Positions 20,155 to 29,266 of a stretch of DNA of 64,000 bases are shown one piece after another. Numbering within the stretch: the stretch's first letter is position 1; each line of letters begins with the position of its first letter. The translations under genes were made by a program, and so were the position numbers. The DNA comes from an uncultured bacterium (GTDB lineage Bacteria > Verrucomicrobiota > Verrucomicrobiia > Verrucomicrobiales > DEV007), in contig CAXBMO010000003.1 of assembly GCA_963977015.1 (NCBI GenBank), forward strand, positions 64,001-128,000, in the 5' to 3' direction. The notes under the pieces are model-generated. The model was not told the origin of the DNA. It saw only the letters and a list, made by a program, of their open reading frames with translations, and did not search any database.

Positions 20155-21000
20155 TCAGTTCAGGAGCTTTTCGCCAAGCGAATTCCAGGTGAGCTGCCCC
20201 GACTCAATCAAGGAGATCTCGTCTGCGAGTGTTTCTTTGAGCGCCGCCAGGTCTTCCGTTGTGGAGCCTTCCTGAATGCATAGGGCGACCGCTTCCCGGT
20301 GTCCTTCCTGCGCGGACTCAACGGCTGTGACGAAGTCTTTTGCCATCTCAGCATCAATAAACGCCTTGCACGACCGCCAGATTTCCGGGGAAATGACGCG
20401 TCCGGCAGCCCACCGTTCGTGGGCGTAGTTGGAGAGCGCCTTGGCGAGGGTTTTGTTGGCCCGGTCGTCCAAGCCGAGAATCTGGTAGGTTGGGCGACTT
20501 AGGAAAAACGCCTTCAACACCATTTGATTCCAGCCCTCTTCGTCAAAGTGTTTTGAGGGGAAGGTGTTGTTGAGCGCGATGGCATCAAAGACGTCGACGA
20601 TGTTGGTCCGAAGTCCTTCGCGGGCCAGAGGAGAAAGTTCATCGGGAAAAGGGAGGAAATGAAACGTGGAAAAGATCGCCACGGTTTCGCGTAAATCCGC
20701 CGTCTCTACCAAGGCTTTGAGCGAACGGAGAAACAGCTCGGAATCCTGCTTTCCCAAAAACTGAAGCATCACCGAGCGAGCCAATTGATCGACCGTCCAC
20801 TGCTTTTCCGGCTCAGACTCGCTTGAACCTGGTGCTCGAAAGGAGATCGGAGTTTTCGGGAACAAGCGTGTCGCTCCGCTGAACGCGTAGAAGAACTTTC
20901 GCTGGTTAAACTCAGGATCAGAAGACAAGAATTGATCTAGCCAGGCATTTCCCTCCGAATCGGAGTTTGCCCGAAGAATGTTGAGAAAATCGTCAAACAT
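20155..21000 (-). CDS. EboA domain-containing protein
   Basis: GLRTNIVDVFDAIALNN.FP..HFDE.GWNQMVLKAFF...GLDDRAN..LA..LSNYAHERWAAGR is characteristic of EboA. Confidence 0.85.
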   Translation of the reverse strand: MFDDFLNILRANSDSEGNAWLDQFLSSDPEFNQRKFFYAFSGATRLFPKTPISFRAPGSSESEPEKQWTVDQLARSVMLQFLGKQDSELFLRSLKALVETADLRETVAIFSTFHFLPFPDELSPLAREGLRTNIVDVFDAIALNNTFPSKHFDEEGWNQMVLKAFFLSRPTYQILGLDDRANKTLAKALSNYAHERWAAGRVISPEIWRSCKAFIDAEMAKDFVTAVESAQEGHREAVALCIQEGSTTEDLAALKETLADEISLIESGQLTWNSLGEKLLN

Positions 21001-21067
21001 GATGTTCTCCCAACCTAGACCTGCCTCGTTTTCCTGCAAGCTTCCACAGGGCGCGGCTGTCGGTGAC

Positions 21068-21865
21068 TTAGCGTTTGTCGGTGCTTTCGAAGATTTTGTC
21101 GGCGGATTGGGCCAGGAATCCCGAAAATAGTTCGCCATTTGGCATGGGGTGCCGCTGGGCGAATTCATAGTAGCAGGATGGAATGGTTTCGACGCCATCC
21201 GAAAAAGTTACGGCGACTCGGTTCGCGAGGGTTGAGGCCTGCTCGAGCATGGATTCGGTGGAGCCCTTGATCTCGCCGCCGCTTGCGTTGATTTCGAACC
21301 CGTTTTCCTTCAAAAACTCGACCAACTCGCGAATGCCAGGGAAAGTGTTCAAGGAGTTGACGAGAATCGTGAAGTGGTTTGGGCGAAAACCAAACGCACC
21401 CATCCAGGCTGCGTATTCGCTTTCCTTGCGAAGATTCTCATACGTTTCGAAGCTCAAATTCCAAGGGCGCCCTGAAAGGGAGGCATGGAGATTGCCAGCC
21501 ATGTCTTCGGGGGCGTCTTCAAGCAATTCGGTCACGGTCTTCTGCAACTCAGGCGAAAAAGCTTCAAGCTGGAGCTGACTGATGAAAATTCGCGGAAATG
21601 AGGAGTCCGGATGCTCGAAATGCCGGGCATCGAGATGTTTTCCCGGGAATTGATAGGATCCAGCTTGTTCGTAGCCTTCGCTGAGAAAGGGTTTCGCGAG
21701 AACCTGAAGATCGACTCTCGGCTCATTGAAGGTTCGGAGCGCAATGTGATCATTAACGATTTGCTCGCCACGCTCAGTCAGGAGATCGAAAATCCGCTTC
21801 GCGTCGGGATTCAAGGCGAGGTAATCTCCCCATAGGAGTTGGAAAAGTTTGGTGAGGTTGTTCAT
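21068..21865 (-). CDS. DUF1338 family protein (HglS/2-oxoadipate dioxygenase-like)
   Basis: NDHIALRTF, SEYAAW...NHFT, LEQAST, YYEFAQR. Confidence 0.85.
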   Translation of the reverse strand: MNNLTKLFQLLWGDYLALNPDAKRIFDLLTERGEQIVNDHIALRTFNEPRVDLQVLAKPFLSEGYEQAGSYQFPGKHLDARHFEHPDSSFPRIFISQLQLEAFSPELQKTVTELLEDAPEDMAGNLHASLSGRPWNLSFETYENLRKESEYAAWMGAFGFRPNHFTILVNSLNTFPGIRELVEFLKENGFEINASGGEIKGSTESMLEQASTLANRVAVTFSDGVETIPSCYYEFAQRHPMPNGELFSGFLAQSADKIFESTDKR

Positions 21866-21916
21866 GAAAATTAGACGTCGCAGAGGCGCCCAATCATCAC
21901 GAACCCCGCCAAAGCC

Positions 21917-23407
21917 CTACAGGTATTGATTCGCCGCCAACAGGGAGGTCAGTGAGCTAAACTTTTCCAATTGGGCTTGGTAGAGTGCGACGTTTTCGGC
22001 CAAAGGTTCTGCCCGGGTCTTATCGTCAAGCGCCACCCATTGATCACATAGCCGGGAAAGATCACTTCCAAAGTCCCCACTTGCGAATGCCGCTTGAATC
22101 GCGGCTCCGAGCCCCGCTCCTTCGGCTGTGGCCAGAGTCACAACCGGAACCCCGAAGCAATCCGCAGCGATCTGGCGCCAGATAGCGCTCTTGCTTCCGC
22201 CACCGGTAAGTCTGATTTCAGTCGGCGTGACTCCCAGTTCCCGGAGACGGCCCAAGCCGTAGGCAAGTCCCAGGGTTGCTCCCTCCATCGCCGCGCGCGC
22301 GAGATGTTGCGGGGTCATGTTGGAGGGTTTCAGACCAAAAAATGACCCCGACGCATTGGGTAGATTAGGGGTCCGTTCACCGTTCAGGTAGGGTAAAAAT
22401 GTTAGGCCTTCTGCTCCTGGCTTGGTCGAACTGACCGCACGTTCAAGTTCTGAAATCTCCCAGCCAAACATTTCTCGAACCTGCTCGGTGGCAACAGTCA
22501 CATTCATGGTGCAGACCAGAGGAAGCCATTGGTCGGTGCTGTCGCAAAATGCTGCGACTTCTCCCTTTGGATCAACGATCGGCCTGTCGGAACAAGCGTA
22601 GAGCGTTCCGGACGTTCCAAAACTGGCGGTGACGATTCCGGGCGTGACATTTCCGGTCCCGATCGCTCCCATCATATTGTCGCCACCTCCGGCGCTTACG
22701 ACGATGTCCTTGGTGAGCCCGAATTTCTCCGCAAGTTCCGGCTTGAGAGAGCAACTTCCAGAGGTGGATGAGCTCAGCTCGGGAAGCATTTCATTTACGG
22801 CCGGGTCAATGAAATTGATCAAATCTTCGCACCAGGTGCGGGTGCGCACGTCCATCAACCCTGTTCCGGATGCGTCTCCATATTCCATTCGAAGCTCCCC
22901 CGTCAGCCAGAAGTTGATGTAATCATGGGGAAGCAAAACATGTTTCGTAGCCGAAAAATGATCGGGCTCGTTTTGCTTGAGCCAGGCGATCTTTGGCGCG
23001 GTGTAGCCCGGGAGCATGGCGTTACCCCCTTTTTTGATCAGGCCCGTTGTGCCTCCAAAAGCCTCTTCGAATTGAGCGCATTGTTCCACCGTGGAAGTGT
23101 CGCACCAAAGTTTTGCGGGCCGAATCACCTTTTTGTCGGCATCGAGCACCACCAATCCATGTTGCTGACCGCTGACTCCAATTCCTCGCACCTCATTCTT
23201 TCTTTCTCCCAACTGGGAGAGGCAACTGGAGATGGTCGTTTCACAGGCCTCTATCCAGACTCTGGGCTCCTGCTCCAAGTGACCTTCAGACAGGCCCGAA
23301 ATCATCTCATAACCCTCCTGAGCTTCAGCCACCACGTGGCCGGAGTCCGTATCCAAAGCGATACATTTCGTGCTTTGGGTTCCGCTATCGATTCCGAGAA
23401 AAATCAT
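21917..23407 (-). CDS. xylB: xylulokinase (FGGY family)
   Basis: LGIDSGTQSTK, SGQQHG, KLWCDT, GGGDNMMGAIGTG, GTSGT, LNGERTP. Confidence 0.93.
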   Translation of the reverse strand: MIFLGIDSGTQSTKCIALDTDSGHVVAEAQEGYEMISGLSEGHLEQEPRVWIEACETTISSCLSQLGERKNEVRGIGVSGQQHGLVVLDADKKVIRPAKLWCDTSTVEQCAQFEEAFGGTTGLIKKGGNAMLPGYTAPKIAWLKQNEPDHFSATKHVLLPHDYINFWLTGELRMEYGDASGTGLMDVRTRTWCEDLINFIDPAVNEMLPELSSSTSGSCSLKPELAEKFGLTKDIVVSAGGGDNMMGAIGTGNVTPGIVTASFGTSGTLYACSDRPIVDPKGEVAAFCDSTDQWLPLVCTMNVTVATEQVREMFGWEISELERAVSSTKPGAEGLTFLPYLNGERTPNLPNASGSFFGLKPSNMTPQHLARAAMEGATLGLAYGLGRLRELGVTPTEIRLTGGGSKSAIWRQIAADCFGVPVVTLATAEGAGLGAAIQAAFASGDFGSDLSRLCDQWVALDDKTRAEPLAENVALYQAQLEKFSSLTSLLAANQYL

Positions 23408-23480
23408 TCGGGAACCTGAGGTGTCGATAGCGGCTTTTCCACTGTTTTTCGAGTTCGGACCAAGCTCCAGCATTCCAACC

Positions 23481-23520
23481 AAAAAATAACCCACCTCGGC
23501 CGTCGCCAAAGTGGGTTATT
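23481..23520 (-). terminator. intrinsic terminator downstream of 23541..24326
   Basis: Minus strand reads AATAACCCAC-TTTGGC-GACG-GCCGAG-GTGGGTTATT-TTTT: a long stem followed by a U-tract. Confidence 0.8.
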
Positions 23521-23540
23521 CAGGAGTCTCAGGTGTGAAC

Positions 23541-24326
23541 TTATTCGGCCAATCGGACACGAAGCTCGCCGGAACTGATGTCCAGCACCTCGATACCGGC
23601 GACAATTTGGCGAAAGAACTCATACTCGCTTTCCAATCCGGCCAGAAGATTCTCTCCCTTGGGGATCCCGGCAAGCTCAAGCCAGGCTGTCGGCATCGGC
23701 ACTCCAGCAATGTTGACGTCGCGGATGGTCAAATCCATGCTTCCTCCGGGGGACTTTTGGAGGGCCAGATCCAAGCTCAAGCGGAGGGACTTGCCACCAA
23801 TCAAGGCAACCTGTTCATCCACCGGTTGCACATACTGGATGTCGATATAGCCGGGTTTGAAGAGAACCTTGACCCGTTCACCCAGATTGCTGTTGTGATT
23901 CAGCATTCCGTTAATTTCCCGTTCCGTCAGTCGCAACGTCCGCGGATCGGCCGGATCTGGAGGTGCCACCGCGGTCCCATTCGGCTGGATGAGAGTAACT
24001 TGATTGGTTTCAACGAGAAACCCGGGTTGATCGGCCGGGGCTGTGGAGCCGGCTTCTTCAAGGGCTTCCATTTTGGCTTCAAGCAGGAGCTGTTCCTGCG
24101 GAGTGAGATTGGTTGCCGCAATGTGAGCCTGGAAATAATAGCGGTAGGCGAAATACCCGGTCGCCATCAGGACCGCTAGAACACCGAGCGTAATCCAAAG
24201 CCAAAGCAGTTTTGGGGTTGTTTTTGCCGGCTGCTCAAACTGAGGTGCCTGATCGGGAATTCCTCCAGTTTCAGAAAAGGGGAGGGATGATGCGGGATTC
24301 GGAGAAAGGATGGATTGTTCACTCAT
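23541..24326 (-). CDS. hypothetical membrane-anchored protein
   Basis: One TM helix (LLWLWITLGVLAVLMATGYFAY), 261-aa ORF followed by a terminator. Confidence 0.8.
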   Translation of the reverse strand: MSEQSILSPNPASSLPFSETGGIPDQAPQFEQPAKTTPKLLWLWITLGVLAVLMATGYFAYRYYFQAHIAATNLTPQEQLLLEAKMEALEEAGSTAPADQPGFLVETNQVTLIQPNGTAVAPPDPADPRTLRLTEREINGMLNHNSNLGERVKVLFKPGYIDIQYVQPVDEQVALIGGKSLRLSLDLALQKSPGGSMDLTIRDVNIAGVPMPTAWLELAGIPKGENLLAGLESEYEFFRQIVAGIEVLDISSGELRVRLAE

Positions 24327-24487
24327 GATACTTCCTGTAAGTTTGGTTGGTAATGAATCGCCGCCAGCACGGCATTTTGTTCAAAGCATAAGACTTTTCA
24401 AAAGAATGTGGCGCTGGTATAAATCGACCGATCGTTTGTAACGCTGCCGCTGAAGATCGCGCTGTGAAGTTGACTCGAATCACTTTG

Positions 24488-25990
24488 ATGAAGCCCTATT
24501 GGATATTTTACCTGCTCATGATGAGCGTGGGAGGGCTTGGTGCCAACCCGAACTACGTTAAGGTGGAAGCTCTGCCACCCGTCCCAAAGCGTGAATTCCG
24601 TGGAGTTTGGGTCACGACCGTCCACAACGTGGATTGGCCCAGCAAGGCAGGGTTGTCGATGGAAGAGCAGCAGCAAGAGTTCATCGCCATTCTGGATCGA
24701 TGTGTTGAACTCAATCTCAATGCCGTGGTCCTCCAAATCCGTTCCCAATGTGATACGATTTGGCCTTCCAAAATTGAACCCTGGTGTCCCTGGTTTACCG
24801 GAACCATGGGAATGGATCCCGGTTATGATCCACTGGCCTTTGCGCTAAAGGAAACGCACCGGCGCGGTCTGGAACTACATGCCTGGCTCAATCCATTTCG
24901 GGTGATCAATTCAAGGTATGTGAATCCCTCCAAGACGCACTTGGCGGTTTCCCACAAAAAATCCCTGCGTTACTACGGCGACAAGGTCTGGTTGGAACCG
25001 ACCCAGGAATTTGCGAGGAAACGGGTTCTCGAAGTGGTAAAGGAAGTTCTCACCAACTACGATGTCGACGCCATCCATTTGGATGACTACTTCTATCCTT
25101 ACCCGGTGAAGAACGAAAAGGGAGAGTGGAGGCAGTTCAACGATTACTATAGTTGGACAGCCTACAAGGAATCCGGCGGCGAATTGACCAAGGGGGACTG
25201 GCGGCGCGAGCATGTAAACGATTTCGTTCGGGATCTGAGGGCTGAGGTTAAAGAGGTCAAGCCTTGGGTGAAATTCGGGATCAGTCCGTTTGGGATTTAT
25301 CGCCCGGGATACCCGGAGCAGGTGAAGGCGGGACTCGACACCTACGAAACGCTTTACACAGACGTGTTGCTCTGGTGGCAGGAAGGTTGGGTCGATTATC
25401 TGGCGCCGCAGCTTTACTGGGACACCACGCATCCTCAGCTGGGGTTTGCCGGGTTGTATGATTGGTGGCGCGACGAAAATGTTGTTCAGCGTCATCTCTG
25501 GCCGGGGATTGCAACGTATCGCATCAAGACCGAGCAGCGATCCGCCAAGGAGTCATTGCGGCAGATCGAGATTGCCCGATCGCACAACAACCTTCCCAAC
25601 GGAACGGGGCATCTTCACTTCAGCATGAAATCTCTGATGGAGAATGTTTCGAATGTGAACGGGATCCTGAAGGGCGGAGCCTACAGCGAGATCGCTCTTG
25701 TGCCGGAAAGTCCCTGGCTGATTCGAAAAACGGCACCCACCATTGCGGCAGAGGTCACCAAGACAAGCGACAGTGAATTCTCCCTCTCGTGGTCGGGAGG
25801 AGAAAGCGAAGACAATGTGCGGTGGTGGGTTCTGCAGACTCAGGATAAGGGGAAATGGAAGATTGACCGTGTGCTGCCGAAAGGTGTGAGATCTTTCAAG
25901 GTCCAAGGAAGCCCGGCCATGATTGCGCTGACTCCGGTTGGTCTAGCCGGCGAACTGGGAAATCCCGCAGCGTTTGAGAGAATGGAATAG
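24488..25990 (+). CDS. GHL10/DUF187 (YddW-like) glycoside hydrolase
   Basis: EFRGVWVTTV.NVDWPS, ELHAWLNPFR, HLDDYFYPY, FGISPFG, DYLAPQLYW. Confidence 0.9.
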   Translation: MKPYWIFYLLMMSVGGLGANPNYVKVEALPPVPKREFRGVWVTTVHNVDWPSKAGLSMEEQQQEFIAILDRCVELNLNAVVLQIRSQCDTIWPSKIEPWCPWFTGTMGMDPGYDPLAFALKETHRRGLELHAWLNPFRVINSRYVNPSKTHLAVSHKKSLRYYGDKVWLEPTQEFARKRVLEVVKEVLTNYDVDAIHLDDYFYPYPVKNEKGEWRQFNDYYSWTAYKESGGELTKGDWRREHVNDFVRDLRAEVKEVKPWVKFGISPFGIYRPGYPEQVKAGLDTYETLYTDVLLWWQEGWVDYLAPQLYWDTTHPQLGFAGLYDWWRDENVVQRHLWPGIATYRIKTEQRSAKESLRQIEIARSHNNLPNGTGHLHFSMKSLMENVSNVNGILKGGAYSEIALVPESPWLIRKTAPTIAAEVTKTSDSEFSLSWSGGESEDNVRWWVLQTQDKGKWKIDRVLPKGVRSFKVQGSPAMIALTPVGLAGELGNPAAFERME

Positions 25991-26188
25991 AATCAAAAAG
26001 GCGCAGGGCATTCTCCAGGCCCCCTTCATCTCGGGACGTGATGGGCTTATTCGGAGAATTGATCTCGACCCATCCTCGAGGAGAGAAACTTGCCCATGCA
26101 GTCTCCTTTGGAGAATTTTGCGCGGATTTTCTGCTTTTAGGCATACAACTGCCTTGAAACCGATGCACCGCTCTCTATGTGGTCTCGC

Positions 26189-27259
26189 ATGGCCAAGACT
26201 GGATACGACTACGCCCCAACCTCACAAACCCTTCCTCCCGTCGTAAAGCCGGGAGAGTTTGTCTTTTCTGTTGCAGGATTAGATCACGGGCACATTTACG
26301 GTCAAACCAATGGTCTCAAAGACGCCGGAGCGACGTTGAAATTTGTCTGGGATTCGGATCCGGCCAAAGTCGCGGAATTCGTTGCCAAGAACCCGGAAGC
26401 AGTTCCTGTCGACTCGCTTTCGGAAATCCTCGAAGATGAGGAAACGCAACTGGTCGCCAATGCCTCGATTCCTTGCGATCGGGCTCCGCTCGGAGTCAAG
26501 GTGCTCAACGCCGGAAAACATTACTTTGTGGATAAGTCTCCGTTTACCACGCTTGAACAGTTGGAAGAGGTTCGGCAAACGGTGGCCACAACTGGGAAAC
26601 GCTATTTCTGCTACTTTTCCGAGCGCCTTCACAATGAATCGTCCATGCACGCGACGAAGCTGATCGATGACGGTGTGATTGGGGATGTCCTGCAGGTGAT
26701 TTGCCTGGCTCCCCATCGGATGTCACGTGACGCACGGCCAGATTGGTTTTTTGAAAAGGAAAAGTATGGCGGTATCCTGACCGATATTGGCTCGCATCAA
26801 TTTGAACAGTTCCTGCGATGGACGGGTGCTGAAGATGGTGAGGTCAATTTTGCTCGGGTGGCGAATTTTACGGCACCTGAAAAACCGGGGTTGGAAGACT
26901 TTGGCGAGGCTTCCCTGACCATGGACACGGGAGCAAGCTGTTACGCCCGTGTCGATTGGTTGACGGCCGATGGTTCCCGCGTTTGGGGAGATGGCCGGGT
27001 ATTTATTGTCGGCTCAAAAGGAACGTTGGAAATCCGCAAATACACGAACGTCGCTCAGGAAACGCCCGGGAATAAGATCTTCCTGGTGACTTCCGACTCT
27101 GAAGAGGAAATCGATTGCGAGGGAATCACCGGGTTCCCGTTCTTTGGGGAGATGATTCTCGACGTCATGAATGGTACCGAAAACGCGATGACTCAGGAGC
27201 ACATCTTCAAGTCAGCAGAGCTATCCATGAAAGCTCAGGCCATGGCGGACGGGCAGTAA
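26189..27259 (+). CDS. Gfo/Idh/MocA family oxidoreductase
   Basis: GLDHGHIY, GKHYFVDK, GGILTDIGSHQ. Confidence 0.9.
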   Translation: MAKTGYDYAPTSQTLPPVVKPGEFVFSVAGLDHGHIYGQTNGLKDAGATLKFVWDSDPAKVAEFVAKNPEAVPVDSLSEILEDEETQLVANASIPCDRAPLGVKVLNAGKHYFVDKSPFTTLEQLEEVRQTVATTGKRYFCYFSERLHNESSMHATKLIDDGVIGDVLQVICLAPHRMSRDARPDWFFEKEKYGGILTDIGSHQFEQFLRWTGAEDGEVNFARVANFTAPEKPGLEDFGEASLTMDTGASCYARVDWLTADGSRVWGDGRVFIVGSKGTLEIRKYTNVAQETPGNKIFLVTSDSEEEIDCEGITGFPFFGEMILDVMNGTENAMTQEHIFKSAELSMKAQAMADGQ

Positions 27260-27289
27260 GGTCGGCGCTTAAGGCGCCCCGGGACTCAT

Positions 27290-28681
27290 CTAAGCGTTGG
27301 CGAGGTTCGCCGCCGCCAACTTTGTGACCGGGTTGACGATCTTTCCTTCCAAGTCCTCTTTCGTGTCGTTCACGAGTTCATCCCGGAACTTCTCCACGAA
27401 ACTCTCGGTTGGCCAGGCGCAGGCTTCTCCAAAGGCACAAATTGTGCGCCCATCAATGTTGCGTGCCACCGAATCGAGCGTGTCAACGTCACTCGGTGAG
27501 CCTTCCCCGGCAACGAGGCGATCGGTGATCTTCGCCATCCAAAGGGATCCTTCGCGACAAGGCGTGCATTGGCCGCAGCTTTCGTGCGCGTAGAACTTGT
27601 TGATGTTGTTCAGCACCCAACTAATGGGACGACTGTCATCGATCACGATCACACCGCCGGAACCGGCCATTGAGCCGCAGGCTGCCAACGTGTCAAAATC
27701 CATCGGGATGTCCCAAATGGAGAGCTCTTGATCCTTTACCTTGAAGGTTTCATCCGCGCGCAAAACCTTGGCCGAACTTCCGCCGGGGATGATGGCCTTG
27801 AGCTTGCGACCTTTCTTGAGACCGCCACACATGTCGTTGATCAGATGCTCGAGGGTGACCTTGCCGACTTCGACTTCGAAATACCCTGTCTTCTGAACAT
27901 CGCCGCTCACACAAAGGATCCGGGTGCCCGTGTTGTTCGGCGTGCCCAGCTTCGCATACTCCTCACCCCCCATTTTGATGATGTGCTTCACGTGGCAAAG
28001 CGTTTCCACATTGTTCACAATCGTTGGCGCGAGGTAAAGCCCCATGGCCGCCGGGAAATAGGGAGGCTTGATTCGTGGATAGGGGCGCTTCCCTTCCAAC
28101 GACTCGATGAGCCCGGTTTCTTCACCGCAAATGTAAGCACCAGCACCGCGATGAACATAGATCTCCAAGTCGTATCCGCTTCCCTGGATATCCTTGCCCA
28201 AAAAATTGTGCTGTTTTGCTTCTTCGATCGCGGCCTCGAGAATTTTGGCCGCCTCGGGAAACTCCTCCCGGATGTAAATGTAGGCAAGGTGACACCCTAC
28301 CGCATAACAGGCAATCGCCATCCCTTCGATCAGTTGATGGGGATCCTGATGCATGATGTAGCGGTCCTTGAACGTGCCGGGCTCCGACTCGTCAGCATTA
28401 CAGATCAAATAGACCGGCTTGGTGTTGTTCGGTGGGATAAAGCCCCACTTCACTCCCGCAGGAAAGCCGGCTCCGCCGCGACCACGAACTCCCGCCTTCT
28501 TGACTTCGGTCGTGATATCGCCGGGCTCCATCTTCATCGCAGTCTTCAACTGCTCATAACCGCCATCCCCCAGAAAAGAGTCGATCCCGGGGGTCCAACC
28601 CTCGCGGTCGATGTTTCGAAAGATGAGGCGATACTCACGCTCGTGAGGCTGTTTGTCTGCCTTGTAGGTGACGTCGGACAT
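27290..28681 (-). CDS. nuoF: NADH-quinone oxidoreductase subunit F
   Basis: GRGGAGFPAG.KW, NADESEPGTFKDR, GAGAYICGEET, 4Fe-4S motif ESCGQCTPCREG...C. Confidence 0.96.
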   Translation of the reverse strand: MSDVTYKADKQPHEREYRLIFRNIDREGWTPGIDSFLGDGGYEQLKTAMKMEPGDITTEVKKAGVRGRGGAGFPAGVKWGFIPPNNTKPVYLICNADESEPGTFKDRYIMHQDPHQLIEGMAIACYAVGCHLAYIYIREEFPEAAKILEAAIEEAKQHNFLGKDIQGSGYDLEIYVHRGAGAYICGEETGLIESLEGKRPYPRIKPPYFPAAMGLYLAPTIVNNVETLCHVKHIIKMGGEEYAKLGTPNNTGTRILCVSGDVQKTGYFEVEVGKVTLEHLINDMCGGLKKGRKLKAIIPGGSSAKVLRADETFKVKDQELSIWDIPMDFDTLAACGSMAGSGGVIVIDDSRPISWVLNNINKFYAHESCGQCTPCREGSLWMAKITDRLVAGEGSPSDVDTLDSVARNIDGRTICAFGEACAWPTESFVEKFRDELVNDTKEDLEGKIVNPVTKLAAANLANA

Positions 28682-28693
28682 GGGAGTGCTGGA

Positions 28694-29191
28694 TTATTGG
28701 TAAGAGGACAGAAGGTCGGCAGCCTTATCAGGAGAGATGGCCTCATGGAAATCGTCTTCCACCATACAGACGGGGCCAGTGCCGCAGGAGGCCAGGCATT
28801 CGGCGAACTCGATGCTGAACTTGCCATCTGCTGATACCGCAATCGGGTGGTGATGATCCACCGCCGAGCGATCGATTTGAGCGATTTCACAAAGTTTTTC
28901 CATCAATTCCTCACTCCCGGCCATTGCACAGGACAGGGTTCGACAGACCCGGATATGATATTTGCCGGGGGCAGTTTGTCGGAAACCGGGATAAAACGTC
29001 ACCACTTCCAAAACCTGGATGGGTTCCAGGTCCAACTTGGACGCGGTCCATTCAACGGCGTCATTGTCGATGTAACGGAAATGATGCTGCAGGGCATGCA
29101 AAGTAGGCAGCACCGCACTGCGTTTGACCGGATAGTGAGTGATGCGCTCGTCGACCTCTTTTTCGACCTCGGCGGGAACGTGAAAAGCCAT
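28694..29191 (-). CDS. nuoE: NADH-quinone oxidoreductase subunit E
   Basis: VVTFY and 2Fe-2S ligands CRTLSC...CLASC. Immediately upstream of nuoF. Confidence 0.93.
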   Translation of the reverse strand: MAFHVPAEVEKEVDERITHYPVKRSAVLPTLHALQHHFRYIDNDAVEWTASKLDLEPIQVLEVVTFYPGFRQTAPGKYHIRVCRTLSCAMAGSEELMEKLCEIAQIDRSAVDHHHPIAVSADGKFSIEFAECLASCGTGPVCMVEDDFHEAISPDKAADLLSSYQ

Positions 29192-29236
29192 GGTTGCGCC
29201 CAATCTGGCCTTCGAGATTGGTGCCGCAACGGGATT

Positions 29237-29254
29237 TTGTGAAATTTTTCACAA
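29237..29254. promoter_or_regulatory. putative Rex operator upstream of nuoEF
   Basis: TTGTGAA-ATTT-TTCACAA is an exact match to the Rex consensus TTGTGAA-N4-TTCACAA, 45 bp upstream of the nuoE ATG. Confidence 0.75.
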
Positions 29255-29266
29255 AGTCCGGCTCAT

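Noticed and set aside
26010-26059. Imperfect hairpin between the GHL10 and Gfo/Idh/MocA genes as a riboswitch or sRNA
   Set aside because: It has many mismatches, no U-tract and no recognisable riboswitch consensus.
27728-28834. Long antisense ORFs (e.g. 27728..28834, 7058..8041, 56841..57815, 32637..33548, 16959..17891, 35944..36843)
   Set aside because: They lie opposite well-supported genes, show no recognisable motifs, and are expected shadows of codon bias.
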